From Candidatus Atelocyanobacterium thalassae (GTDB lineage: Bacteria > Cyanobacteriota > Cyanobacteriia > Cyanobacteriales > Microcystaceae): a stretch of DNA of 64,000 nt. Where the stretch lies: assembly GCA_051971635.1 (NCBI GenBank), contig JBFPLN010000003.1:384001-448000 (forward strand). The letters run 5' to 3'. The notes under the pieces were generated by a model, which was not told the DNA's origin, made no database searches, and was given only the letters and a program-made list of their open reading frames with translations. The translations under genes and the position numbers were made by a program. Positions 19,385 through 30,051 of this stretch are shown piece by piece (positions within the stretch are counted from its first letter, which is position 1; every line of letters starts with the position of its first letter).

Positions 19385-20364
19385 GAGTTAAAGACATTGG
19401 AGAACAGACACTTCTAAAAAAAATAAAAACATTCTGCCCCAAAAACGTTATTGGTGATGATGGAGCAGTTTTATCTATAGATCCTTTGTACAAACTAGTG
19501 GTTACGACTGATGTTCTTGTTGATGGAGTGCATTTTAGTGATTCAACTACTCCTCCTAGTGCGGTTGGATGGCGTTCTATAGCTGCAAATCTATCAGATT
19601 TAGCTGCTATGGGAGCTATTCCAGTTGCTATTACTATAGGGTTAGCTATTCCTAAAGAGCTACCAATTGAATGGATAGAATCTTTATATAGCGCAATAAA
19701 TATAATCTTAAGTAAATATAACATACCTATAATTGGAGGAGATGTTTGCTATTCTTCTATCAAGACAATTAGCATAACTGCTATAGGAAAAGTATATCCT
19801 AACCATATTATTAAGCGTTCTATAGCTAAGCCAAACCAAGTAATTCTAGTCACAGGTCATCATGGAATGTCAAAAGCAGGATTAGAGTTACTATCAAATC
19901 CTCATCTGGGAAGAAAATTAGATAAAGAAATACAGCTTAAATTCATTAATGCTCATCAATATCCTGAGCCGCGTTTAGATGTTTTACCCTATCTTCAGGA
20001 TATTATGAAAACTCATAATATAGCAGGAATGGATAGTAGTGATGGTTTGGCAGATGCAATTATACAAATATGCGAAATGAGTAATGTTGGTGCGGAAATC
20101 GAGCAATCTAAAATTCCTATGATAGCTGAATTATCTAAATGGACATCTCAAAAAGAAGCATTACAATGGGTCTTATACGGAGGAGAAGATTTCGAATTAG
20201 TATTATGTCTACCTGAAGAAATAGCTTTCAAATTACTTTGTAAATTAGGAAAAGATACTCACATTATTGGTAGGATAATTAAAAAAAGATCTGTTACTTT
20301 ACTTACAGAAAATTCAAAGCATTTGTCTTTAAAAACTTCTGAAGGATTTCAACACTTTTCTTAG
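19381..20364 (+). CDS. thiL: Thiamine-monophosphate kinase
   Basis: IGDDGAV, DVLVDGVHF, NLSDLAAMGA, MDSSDGL, GGEDFEL. Confidence 0.95.
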   Translation: MRVKDIGEQTLLKKIKTFCPKNVIGDDGAVLSIDPLYKLVVTTDVLVDGVHFSDSTTPPSAVGWRSIAANLSDLAAMGAIPVAITIGLAIPKELPIEWIESLYSAINIILSKYNIPIIGGDVCYSSIKTISITAIGKVYPNHIIKRSIAKPNQVILVTGHHGMSKAGLELLSNPHLGRKLDKEIQLKFINAHQYPEPRLDVLPYLQDIMKTHNIAGMDSSDGLADAIIQICEMSNVGAEIEQSKIPMIAELSKWTSQKEALQWVLYGGEDFELVLCLPEEIAFKLLCKLGKDTHIIGRIIKKRSVTLLTENSKHLSLKTSEGFQHFS

Positions 20365-20453
20365 TTATAGAATCTATATATTGCAATGCAATAACTAAAG
20401 AAAAAGAATAGCAAAAAACTATATTTTCTGTAAATTACCTATTAATCAAGCAT

Positions 20454-20756
20454 ATGAAAAATATTCTATTGCATACAATTATAATGATTAATTTGATGCT
20501 AAGAATTATGGAGGCACAAATAGGACTAGCATTACCTTCTTCAAAAGATATTCCTGAAGAAATGTTACGTCATGAAGTTATTACAGAAGGACGTTCCGAG
20601 CTAACTGGAGAAATTCTAAATTCTTCAGAATATGCTAAAACACAAGAAAAATTATCTAGAAGTCCCTATCATCCTGAAGTAAATACAAAGTTAAAACATC
20701 TAGTTTTTTTATTAAAAATTAGAAAAATGTTAAAAACTATTGTACCTATTTTATAA
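20454..20756 (+). CDS. Conserved cyanobacterial hypothetical protein
   Basis: LP..KDIPEE.LR.E.ITEGRS...LVFLLKIRK pattern recalled from small cyanobacterial proteins; signal-like N-terminus. Confidence 0.7.
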   Translation: MKNILLHTIIMINLMLRIMEAQIGLALPSSKDIPEEMLRHEVITEGRSELTGEILNSSEYAKTQEKLSRSPYHPEVNTKLKHLVFLLKIRKMLKTIVPIL

Positions 20757-20802
20757 AAAATCCATTCTAGATTTATAATTTTTTAAATAATTAATTTAAA
20801 AG

Positions 20803-21720
20803 TTATAAGTTTGCACTAGCATTTCTTTGCCAAGCTGCTGCTTTTATTCTTTTTAATGACGAAGATGAAAATTTTTGTTGCCACTGCATTTCTGTAAAAT
20901 TTAAAATTTCTTTCAAATTAAGTGATATATTTCCAGGGTAAGGATAAAAATCTTGAATATTAGTTTCTTGAGAAAAGCGTTTGTTCCAAGGACAGATATC
21001 TTGGCAAAGATCGCATCCGGCAACCCATCTATTTAAATTATCTGCTATATTTTTAGGAAGATTTTTTGACCTGTTTTCAATAGTATGGTAAGCAATACAG
21101 CGTCTAGAATCTACTACAAATGGACTAACGATAGCTTTCGTAGGACATATGTCTAAACATCTTCTACATGTACCACAGTGTTTAGCATGAGGAGTGTCGC
21201 TAATCAAATTTAAATTAGTTAGAATAACTCCTAAAAATACCCAACTACCAAATTCTTTAGTGATAACGTTTCCATTCTTGGCAATCCAACCAATTCCTGA
21301 GCGTTCTGCCCAAACCTTTTCTTGTACAGGCCCTGTATCAACATAACAGGTAGCTTTTATATTTTTATTGGTCAACCATTTACAAAACAGTTTCAGCTTT
21401 TGTTGTAGAACTTTATGATAATCTTTGCCCCAGGCATAACGAGAAACTTTACCATAATTTATATTATTTGAATGTTTATGAGGAGTGTAATAATTTAATG
21501 CAACGGTAATAACTGATTTAATATCTGGCATACATTGAGTAATGTCAAATCGTTTAGGATTACTCATCCATGCCATATCTGCTTGATATCCTAAAGATAA
21601 CCAATTTTGTAAATTGTAAACAGCATTATCTTTATAAATTGTATGAGGGTTAGCAATACCTACTTTATGAAATCCTATATCAAAAGCTTTATTCTTAATT
21701 TTTCTAGTAATTGATAACAT
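20803..21720 (-). CDS. queG: Epoxyqueuosine reductase
   Basis: SRYAWGKDYH, VDTGPV.E, GSWVFLG, CGTCRRCLDICPT and GCDLCQDICPWN 4Fe-4S motifs. Confidence 0.95.
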   Translation of the reverse strand: MLSITRKIKNKAFDIGFHKVGIANPHTIYKDNAVYNLQNWLSLGYQADMAWMSNPKRFDITQCMPDIKSVITVALNYYTPHKHSNNINYGKVSRYAWGKDYHKVLQQKLKLFCKWLTNKNIKATCYVDTGPVQEKVWAERSGIGWIAKNGNVITKEFGSWVFLGVILTNLNLISDTPHAKHCGTCRRCLDICPTKAIVSPFVVDSRRCIAYHTIENRSKNLPKNIADNLNRWVAGCDLCQDICPWNKRFSQETNIQDFYPYPGNISLNLKEILNFTEMQWQQKFSSSSLKRIKAAAWQRNASANL

Positions 21721-21786
21721 ATTAAAAATTCACTCAAGAATTGCAAGTAAATATTATTTGTATTGTTCTTAAAATTAATTATGATG

Positions 21787-22944
21787 TTAAGAGCATTTGG
21801 TCATTTTTCCATGTTTGGTTAATTTATACTTACTATTACGCCATATAACAGTTCTTTGCGTAAAAGCTAATCCCCAAAAAATCAAGCCAAACATATCCCT
21901 CAAAGGTAATAAATATAAATTTTTAATACTTTCATTATCTCTTATTTCTCGAGCTACTATAAAAGCAGTAAATATCCTAATAAATATTGTTATAATCAAT
22001 ACCCATAAGCTAATTATACTTCCTTCGAGCATACAGAATATAATAGCAAATGGAATTGCTCGAATAAAAATAGTTGAAATAAATGCTCCAGGTCTCGCTA
22101 AATAAGTATTCTGATCCCAATATACTTGATGATCCCACCAATTTTTCCAACTTTTCAAGTCTACAACAACATCTATGACGTAAGGCAAAAGTATCATACT
22201 TTTGCCAGAAGTCCATACTCTCCTTCCAATCTCATAGTCTTCGACCAGATAATTAGCTAAACTTTTTAATCCTCCAAATGAATCCAAAGTCGATTTATGA
22301 ATTGCAATAGATGGACCTAAACATGAATTTGAAGCCCCTGTCACATATGCAAAAATAACACTTGGTATAAAATCTGAATTAATCGTTAACATTTCTAGTC
22401 TCTCACATAAGCTATTAGCTTTTATGAGTTTAAAAGGGGTACAAACACAGCCAACTTCTTTTTTAGTGAGAGGTGTAACAATATTAGAAATGTAATCACT
22501 TTGCAAATAAGTATCACTATCACTTATTATGAAGAGTTCATGTTTTGCTTCATCAATTGCTCCTAACAAATTATTAACTTTCCCATTAGCTCCTTCTTCA
22601 ACCGTACTAATAACAACAGAGACAAAGTCTCTACCTAATTCAGATTGAATTTTTTTTAAGATAGGATATGCAGGGTCATCCGATGCTTGAACAGAATAAA
22701 TTATTTGGTAATTAGGATATTTTTGTTTAGTAATACTTCTTAGATTGCTTTCCAGATTTTTCTCTAAACCTCTAACAGGCTTTAAAACTGATACTGGTGG
22801 AGTAAAATCTTTATTTATGAAAGTATTTGTACGAGAAGATTTTAAAAAATATTTAGTTGTGAAAACAGTAATAATTGAAAAAACTGATCCACATATGATG
22901 GGTATTAAACAGAGTAATGATAGTGTGCTGTAAATATCTATCAT
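21787..22944 (-). CDS. hpnI: HpnI-like / ceramide-glucosyltransferase-family GT2 (probable hopanoid glycosyltransferase)
   Basis: SVLKPVRGLE, NGKVNNL, ISDSD, YLVEDYEIG, HQVYW, C-terminal VIWR...KL; start placed at MIDIY (22944). Confidence 0.7.
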   Translation of the reverse strand: MIDIYSTLSLLCLIPIICGSVFSIITVFTTKYFLKSSRTNTFINKDFTPPVSVLKPVRGLEKNLESNLRSITKQKYPNYQIIYSVQASDDPAYPILKKIQSELGRDFVSVVISTVEEGANGKVNNLLGAIDEAKHELFIISDSDTYLQSDYISNIVTPLTKKEVGCVCTPFKLIKANSLCERLEMLTINSDFIPSVIFAYVTGASNSCLGPSIAIHKSTLDSFGGLKSLANYLVEDYEIGRRVWTSGKSMILLPYVIDVVVDLKSWKNWWDHQVYWDQNTYLARPGAFISTIFIRAIPFAIIFCMLEGSIISLWVLIITIFIRIFTAFIVAREIRDNESIKNLYLLPLRDMFGLIFWGLAFTQRTVIWRNSKYKLTKHGKMTKCS

Positions 22945-23171
22945 GAATTTATGTGTTTTATTGTGCGATAAGATTAACGTATGTATCGATAAACTAAAAA
23001 TAGTTTTATATACCAAACAAAGTCCGTTAATAAATTTCTTTGTGTTGAAGCTTGCTTTGAAATTAGTAAATAAGTTACTTCAGTAACGTACTTAATCTTT
23101 TTTAAATAGGGAAATTATTTTGGGCGATTACAGTAATTAATTTACTTATGTCGTGCCTTTAGATTATTTTC

Positions 23172-23231
23172 AAACTAGAATAGCTTCTTAATCAGAAAAA
23201 TATTTTTCTGATTAAGAAGCTATTCTAGTTT
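23172..23231. repeat. Perfect 60-bp palindrome overlapping the infC stop codon; possible terminator
   Basis: aaactagaatagcttcttaatcagaaaaat|atttttctgattaagaagctattctagttt. Confidence 0.9.
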
Positions 23232-23764
23232 AATTCTTTCTTAGGACTCATTAACATCATCATATTTCGTCCTTCGCGTTTTGGAGCTTGCTGGATTTCA
23301 GCTAATTCTTTTAGATCAGTAGCCATACGACTAAGTAATTCTTGTGCTAAATTAGCATGTTGAATTTCACGTCCCCGAAAAGTAATAGTTGCTTTTACTT
23401 TATCTCCTGATTTTAAAAATCGCTTGGCCTGATTAACACGGACTTGATAGTCATGTTCATCAATCTTATAGCGCATTTTTACTTCTTTAACATCAGCAGT
23501 ATGTTGCTTTTTTTTCGCTTCTCTAGCTTTTTTTTCCTGTTCAAATTTATATTTACCATAATCCATGATTCTACAAACAGGAGGTTTGGCGGTTTCACTT
23601 ACTAGTACCAGGTCTAGTTCTTGTTCTTGAGCAGTATTTAAGGCTTCTTCTGGGCAAATGATACCGAGTTGTGAACCATCACTGTCAATTACTCGTATTT
23701 CAGGGAAGCGAATTCTTTCGTTAATCTTTGGGAGATCGCGTTGTGTGCGTCTTTTATCTATCAC
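23225..23764 (-). CDS. infC: Translation initiation factor IF-3
   Basis: [44 protein letters not shown] start at 23764 or in-frame ACG at 23770. Confidence 0.97.
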   Translation of the reverse strand: MIDKRRTQRDLPKINERIRFPEIRVIDSDGSQLGIICPEEALNTAQEQELDLVLVSETAKPPVCRIMDYGKYKFEQEKKAREAKKKQHTADVKEVKMRYKIDEHDYQVRVNQAKRFLKSGDKVKATITFRGREIQHANLAQELLSRMATDLKELAEIQQAPKREGRNMMMLMSPKKELN

Positions 23765-24540
23765 AGGCGTTTTTTAATGTTTCTCTATATGATATAAATG
23801 AACTATAATCAATTTAAGTCTAGGCTTTGTGAATAAACCTTTTTACCATTGTAATAATTTTCTGCCAAGTTATGTCTACTTTGGCTGTGTATCCAGTGTA
23901 AATTTTAGATTACTTATTTCTATAGTAATTTTACTTTAAAGCTAAGCATTGAGTAGTGACTTTTGCAAAAACCTAAAGTATAAATACTTGACATAAGACA
24001 GCTATACATTGGTCAACAATTTTAGGAAAAATAAAGTCATAATACTTCAAATAGTGATTTGAATTTAATGAACAAAAGTTAAACCTCCAATAGTATCATT
24101 ATGTAATTTTGTCTTGAAATTAATCTCTTAAATACAATACCTCATTTCTGGCTAGAATAATTAATTTTATGTTTGATATTTTCTAAATTCGATGAAGTGA
24201 AGGAAATTAATACTATTTATAAAAATAAACTCTAATTTAAAATTACTCAGCTGATAATTATTTTTAACATGGTTTCTTTGTAGTCACTGCCTCTGTATTT
24301 AACTTATCCCAAGTGAATTTTTATAAACAAAATAATTGTTGTAATTCCTAAAATATTCTGGCTGAACAATAAAGTAAAAATATTATTATGTGCTATTTGT
24401 AGAATCTAATCATTAGATATACATATATTTTATTTGTTTAGAGAAGATTATTTAATTTTAGAAATTTATTGAAAAATAAAATTTCAGTGACAATAAACCG
24501 TTACTCTAGATTGAAGAGAAATCATAGGAGTAATATTTAG

Positions 24541-25833
24541 GTGACTTTCAAAATTGGCTTACTGGGTTTAGGTGTAGTAGGAACAGGAACTGCGAAAATT
24601 ATGCTTGATCCTTCAGGGCGGAACCCTCTTTTAAATGAGATTTCTATAGCAAAAGTAGGATTACGATCATTGGATAAGCTTCGTCAGATAGATTTACCTA
24701 CAAACATAATTGAAACTAACTTAGAAAGCATAGTTAATGATCCTAGTATTGATATTATAGTTGAATTACTAGGTGGGCTAGAGCCAGCTAAATCACTTAT
24801 CCTAAAAGCTATTGAGAATAAAAAACATATTGTCACTGCGAATAAAGCCGTTATGGCACTTTATGGAGACGAAATTTATAAAAAAGCTCACATAGCAGGT
24901 GTAAATGTTTTATCAGAAGCTGCCGTAGGGGGAGGTATTCCGATTATAAAAACCCTTAAACAGTCTTTAGGTGCCAATCGAATTGAAAGTATTATTGGCA
25001 TAATTAATGGTACTACAAACTATATTTTGACAAAGATGGCTTCTACAGATGCTGATTTCGAAAAAGTTCTGATAGAAGCACAAACATTAGGATATGCGGA
25101 AGCTGATCCTAGTGCTGATATTGATGGATTAGATGCCGCTGACAAAATCGCTATCTTAGCTTCTTTAGGGTTTGGAACACAAATAAATAGAAATGATATT
25201 TATTGTGAAGGTATTCGTGAAATTAATTCTATAGATATAAAGTATGCTAAACAATTAGGATTCGTAATTAAATTATTAGCAATTGCAAAAAAAGATGAAA
25301 CTTCTAAAAAATTACAATTAAGAGTACATCCTACTTTAATTTCTAAGGAACATCCTTTGGCTTATGTAAACGGGGTATATAATGCAGTCTTAATAGAGGG
25401 AAATCCTCTGGGAGAAGTCATGTTTTTTGGAGAAGGTGCTGGTGCTGGTCCCACAGCTAGTGCAGTAGTATCCGATATCATAAACATTGTAGATGCTCTT
25501 AAAAAGAATATAATTATCGATTCTATTACTTATTCACGACATTACATTAACAATAATCCATATGAAATAAATTCTATAGAATCAACCAAAAATCGTTTTT
25601 ATGTTCGTTTTCTTACCAAGGATATACCTGGTGTTATAGGACATTTGGGAACAATATTTGGTGAATATAGTGTTGGCTTGAAATCAGTTGTACAAATTGG
25701 ATTTCAGGAAAATTTAGCTGAAATTGTTGTCATTACTCATCATGTTGATGAAGGTTCTTTTCGGATTGCTCTTGATAAAATTTGTACTTTGGAAGCTATT
25801 GATTGTATTCCTAGTATATTAAGAGTTTTGTGA
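24541..25833 (+). CDS. hom: Homoserine dehydrogenase with C-terminal ACT domain
   Basis: GLLGLGVVG, VTANKA, EAAVGGGIP, NGTTNYIL, GYAEADP, GAGAGPTASAV; AGGAG RBS. Confidence 0.95.
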   Translation: MTFKIGLLGLGVVGTGTAKIMLDPSGRNPLLNEISIAKVGLRSLDKLRQIDLPTNIIETNLESIVNDPSIDIIVELLGGLEPAKSLILKAIENKKHIVTANKAVMALYGDEIYKKAHIAGVNVLSEAAVGGGIPIIKTLKQSLGANRIESIIGIINGTTNYILTKMASTDADFEKVLIEAQTLGYAEADPSADIDGLDAADKIAILASLGFGTQINRNDIYCEGIREINSIDIKYAKQLGFVIKLLAIAKKDETSKKLQLRVHPTLISKEHPLAYVNGVYNAVLIEGNPLGEVMFFGEGAGAGPTASAVVSDIINIVDALKKNIIIDSITYSRHYINNNPYEINSIESTKNRFYVRFLTKDIPGVIGHLGTIFGEYSVGLKSVVQIGFQENLAEIVVITHHVDEGSFRIALDKICTLEAIDCIPSILRVL

Positions 25834-26472
25834 AAGAATTGATAGCTTTTTTTTATCAAGAATTTACAATTTTTTATCTTCCCCAAATATAAAATTATAT
25901 GTAGCCAAGAAAGCAAGACTAGACTTTTTCGCTTTAAACTATTGCAATGTAATTATTTAAGGTTAACTTTCATAGCAGAATTGTATCAACTAAATTATGC
26001 TTTATGTATAACATTTATCGAATAACTTACCTGAAGTGCTATTCATTTACAAACATTATAAAAAACTTTTTTATCACAACAAAATTTTTCTAAAAAATAA
26101 ATTTATCCAATAAACAAAGTTTTTTCTTTGTTATGCATTAATAATAATTATATATTCTTAAATAAAATTAGAATGAAATAACTATATATTAATAAAATTA
26201 CTATAAAGACATACATAGACTAATTTCATTTAATTAATAAGATATGCCTAAAGTTATTTCAATGATGAAATAACTAATTTTGTATGCATTTCGTAAACAA
26301 TAGAAAACCGTAAAGAGTATATATTTAGTCTATAAATCTAAAATATTAATAATTTTATTAAAAATTAAGAGATTCTTAAATTATAGATTTATAATAGACA
26401 ACTTAATAACATTTTTTATTAGTTATTTCGTATTATCATTACTTAAAGAAGCTCAATTTTTTTAGCTAGTTC

Positions 26473-29109
26473 ATGCAGTCTTATTTAAAATCTCAACATT
26501 TTTATAGATGGATAAAATCACAAAAATTTAATATTAATAATAACAATAATTATGCTCTGATAGAGGCATGTATTATAGGTATACTTTCAGCTATTGCTGC
26601 TTTACTTCTAAAGCAAGGTGTAGGTTATTTAGGTAGTTGGCGTATTATTTTAGCCAATAATTTTGGAGCTGTATGGATACTACCTATCGGAGGTTTAGTC
26701 TTAGGTTATTTATCTGGCTGGTTAATTGAGAAGGCTTCTCCCACTGCAGCTGGTGGAGGAATTACTCAAGTGAAAGCAGCCTTGTATAGGCATCCTATCC
26801 CATTATCCCTAAAAGTAGCAGTTGTTAAACTGATTGGTACGATTTTAGTTTTAGGAGCAGGTTCAACTCTTGGACGTCGTGCTCCTACTGTTCATATTGG
26901 AGCTGCTTTAGCAGCTCAACTTAATAGTTGGTTTCCCACTTCTCCTGCCCGTAGACAACAAATGATTGCAGCAGGAGCAGCAGCAGGATTGGCTGCAGGC
27001 TTTACTACACCTATAGCAGGAGTTCTTTTTGTTGTAGAAGAGTTAATGCAAGATGTTTCTGGATTAACTCTAGAAACATCTATTGTTGCTTCGTTTACAG
27101 GTGCTGTAGTTTCTTTACTTCTCCAATCATCAACACTTAATTTTCCTTCACCTTTATTAAAACTTCCTAATATTAATTTTTCAGTATCTGAGATTCCATT
27201 TTACTTACTTCTAGGAATTTTAGCAGGAATTGCAGGAGCTTTATTTAATAGTGGACTACTATTTAGTTTAAAGCTACAACATAATTTCCATTTGTCTTTA
27301 TCTTGGCGTATTGGCCTGGCTGGAATGATTTCGGGTATTATAGTAGCAATCTTACCTCCTTTCTTTCAAGATAATGCTGGTCTAAGAATTGTATTGGTAA
27401 CAGGAGGATTAAGTGGAGAAAAAATTTTATTAGTATTTATAGCTCACTTTTTTCTAACGATGCTTGCTTATAGTGCCAATACTCCTGGTGGTCTATTTAG
27501 TCCAGCTCTAGTTTTAGGATCAGCATTGGGTTATTTAGTAGGAGATTTTGAAGCATTTTTAACAGGTACTGGATCAGAATCTACATATGCTTTAGTAGGT
27601 ATGGGAGCATTTTTTACCGCTGTAGTTAGAGTTCCGATTACTGCTATTGTTTTCGTATTTGAGCTCAATACAGATTTTAATATCGTACTTCCACTTATGG
27701 TTACTTGTGCTACGTCATACATAATTGCTGAAAATGTTTCCAGAGGATCCTTATATGACCACATGTTGAAAGCTTTAGGAATTAATATTACCGAAAAATT
27801 AACTTCAAAAAAATCTGGTCACGAACTAATAGCGTCTGAAATAATGCAATCTGATGTTGAAGTATTATCCAGCCACTTGACATTAGATGATGTACTTAAA
27901 AGAATGATGTTATCACATCATAGAGGTTTCCCTGTAACAAATAACGGAAGACTGGTAGGAATTATTACTCAAATAGATTTAAAAAAGCTATCTCATGTTT
28001 CATTAAGCACTCCTTTATCAGATTTTATGAATCCAGATCCTCTGACTATAAAGTCAGATACATCTCTAAGTGATATTCTATATGTTCTTGATCATTACCA
28101 ATTTTCTAGAGTTCCAGTTGTTGAAGAAGATAAACTAGTAGGAATAATAACTAGGACAGATATTATTAATGTTGAAGCCAATAAAGCCGAAAAGAATACT
28201 CTTAGTTATGACAAGAGTTATGATTCTTCATTTTTTACAATCTATCAAACTAGATCTTCTGCAATAAGAAATAGTAAGATACTACTACCTCTTTTCAACT
28301 TAGACATAAATTTTTCCTTACTTAAGTTTGTTATATCATTAGCTCAAAAACAAAAAAAAGAAATTGAATGTTTACAAATAATAGAAATACCAAAATATAA
28401 TAATTCTAATTTAGCCGATATATCAACTGGGTCTAATCGTGAGTTACTTCAAAAAATTGAGATATTAGGTCGTCAATATGGAGTCCCGGTTCATACTCAA
28501 ATTGTTATAGCTAGTGATGTTAAGCAAGCTATTCTAGATATTATTCAAAAAAATCATATTAGCTCAGTAGTTTTAGAATTGTATAAAAAAAATATAAATT
28601 ATCAAGCGTTTAATTATGAAATAATTGATATATTAATCAAGCAAACTTCATGTGATTTGACTTTAATTAAGTTAGGACAAAATAGAAAAAATTCTTTTTC
28701 TGAGTTGAGTAAATGCAATGGTTGGCTTATTCCCATTTCCTATGAATCTAATGTGAAACAAATTTTAAAATTATTATCTGATTTGATGAAATTATATTGT
28801 AATCAAATTCCTTTCCAAATCACTCTATGTTATGCATTCTCGCTAAATAATAGAAAAATAGCTCATAAATTATTAGAGAAAAAAGCAAAATTATTAGGGA
28901 AAAAGTTAGGTTGTGAAATAGTTACTCTTTTCACACGTTCTCAATCAACACTCAAAACAGTATTTGAGTTAAGTCTAATAAAAACATATGAGGTAATAGT
29001 ATTAGGAATAAATCAAAAAGAGTTATCTAAATATTCAGTTCAACAGAAGATTCTGAAACTTATTAACCAACAAATTAACAGTACTATTATTGTAGTTAAA
29101 GAATCATAA
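26473..29109 (+). CDS. ClC-family chloride channel/transporter with CBS pair and degenerate USP-like C-terminus
   Basis: GRRAPTVHIGA, AGAAAGLAAGF, FVVEEL, PGGLFSP, GMGAFF..VVRVP, CBS motifs (GFPV, LVGIIT). Confidence 0.9.
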   Translation: MQSYLKSQHFYRWIKSQKFNINNNNNYALIEACIIGILSAIAALLLKQGVGYLGSWRIILANNFGAVWILPIGGLVLGYLSGWLIEKASPTAAGGGITQVKAALYRHPIPLSLKVAVVKLIGTILVLGAGSTLGRRAPTVHIGAALAAQLNSWFPTSPARRQQMIAAGAAAGLAAGFTTPIAGVLFVVEELMQDVSGLTLETSIVASFTGAVVSLLLQSSTLNFPSPLLKLPNINFSVSEIPFYLLLGILAGIAGALFNSGLLFSLKLQHNFHLSLSWRIGLAGMISGIIVAILPPFFQDNAGLRIVLVTGGLSGEKILLVFIAHFFLTMLAYSANTPGGLFSPALVLGSALGYLVGDFEAFLTGTGSESTYALVGMGAFFTAVVRVPITAIVFVFELNTDFNIVLPLMVTCATSYIIAENVSRGSLYDHMLKALGINITEKLTSKKSGHELIASEIMQSDVEVLSSHLTLDDVLKRMMLSHHRGFPVTNNGRLVGIITQIDLKKLSHVSLSTPLSDFMNPDPLTIKSDTSLSDILYVLDHYQFSRVPVVEEDKLVGIITRTDIINVEANKAEKNTLSYDKSYDSSFFTIYQTRSSAIRNSKILLPLFNLDINFSLLKFVISLAQKQKKEIECLQIIEIPKYNNSNLADISTGSNRELLQKIEILGRQYGVPVHTQIVIASDVKQAILDIIQKNHISSVVLELYKKNINYQAFNYEIIDILIKQTSCDLTLIKLGQNRKNSFSELSKCNGWLIPISYESNVKQILKLLSDLMKLYCNQIPFQITLCYAFSLNNRKIAHKLLEKKAKLLGKKLGCEIVTLFTRSQSTLKTVFELSLIKTYEVIVLGINQKELSKYSVQQKILKLINQQINSTIIVVKES

Positions 29110-29125
29110 AACTTGAAAGATTATA

Positions 29126-29614
29126 TTAAATGTTGTTTGTTAATCCCGATAATCCTGCATATGCTATCGCAATTGCGTCTACACTATCATCAATTGGTAT
29201 TGTTTGTAGATGAAATAACTGACTAATACTTTGTGTTACATCATCTTTTGTAGCTTTTCCACTTCCTACATAACGTTTCCAACTGGCTTGATGGAGAAAA
29301 ACTGGTTCAATTTGTGTCTCTCTATAGCAAACCAAATTAATTACTCCTACCGCTTGTATTACTCCACCAGCAGCTTTAATAGTACGATTAAAAAAAGGCA
29401 TTTCTATCGAAATACCATGAAAATTAAATTCACTTAGCAACTTTAGTAAATCATGTTCAATTTCTAAAAGTCTTTGAGATGTTGATAAATTTTTACTCGT
29501 TTGAATGACTCCGTAATCAACAATGATTGGGATTAGTTTCGCATGAGATTTTAAAATTGCCCATCCAGTTATAGCAAGTCCTGGATCAATTCCTAACCAA
29601 ATTTTGTCAGACAT
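29126..29614 (-). CDS. ruvC: Holliday junction resolvase
   Basis: LGIDPGLAITGWA, IEMPFF, GSGKATK, DDSVDAIAIA. Confidence 0.9.
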   Translation of the reverse strand: MSDKIWLGIDPGLAITGWAILKSHAKLIPIIVDYGVIQTSKNLSTSQRLLEIEHDLLKLLSEFNFHGISIEMPFFNRTIKAAGGVIQAVGVINLVCYRETQIEPVFLHQASWKRYVGSGKATKDDVTQSISQLFHLQTIPIDDSVDAIAIAYAGLSGLTNNI

Positions 29615-29965
29615 TATAATTAGAATAAATATTAAAGCTTATATAGACAATTTATTATTCTTAGTTAATACCTAAGCTTAGAGTATGTTGAGTAAATTCT
29701 GGTAATTTATTTGCATTCAAGCACAGCATTAATAAGTTGAGTCCATTTTTAAAAGCAACTTATTAGTTTAATAATATATATTATTTGATTTTACTAAAAT
29801 ATTACATTTTGCTGAATATAGTTTAGCAATGAGGTTTACTTATCTAATTTAAAACTTTTGTTTACAAATAAAAAATTGTCATCCTATTATTAGTAATTAA
29901 TGATAGAGATGATACGACAGCATATGTAATAAATTTGTAGATACTATTAATTTAAATTGAAAATT

Positions 29966-29981
29966 GTTCGGATATCCCCAC
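29966..29981 (+). promoter_or_regulatory. K-box (cyanobacterial chaperone-gene positive element)
   Basis: GTTCGG-ATAT-CCCCAC matches GTTCGG-NNAN-CCNNAC exactly, upstream of groEL. Confidence 0.85.
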
Positions 29982-30051
29982 CTTCAGGACCCAGACTACC
30001 ACACTATTTTTATTATGTAAAAAAAACTTTTCTAATCTTCCGCTTTAAGCG

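Noticed and set aside
23790..24530. Eroded gene remnant or ncRNA in the infC-hom spacer
   Set aside because: Short GC-richer patches exist, but I could not recover a recognisable protein or RNA motif in the frames I tried
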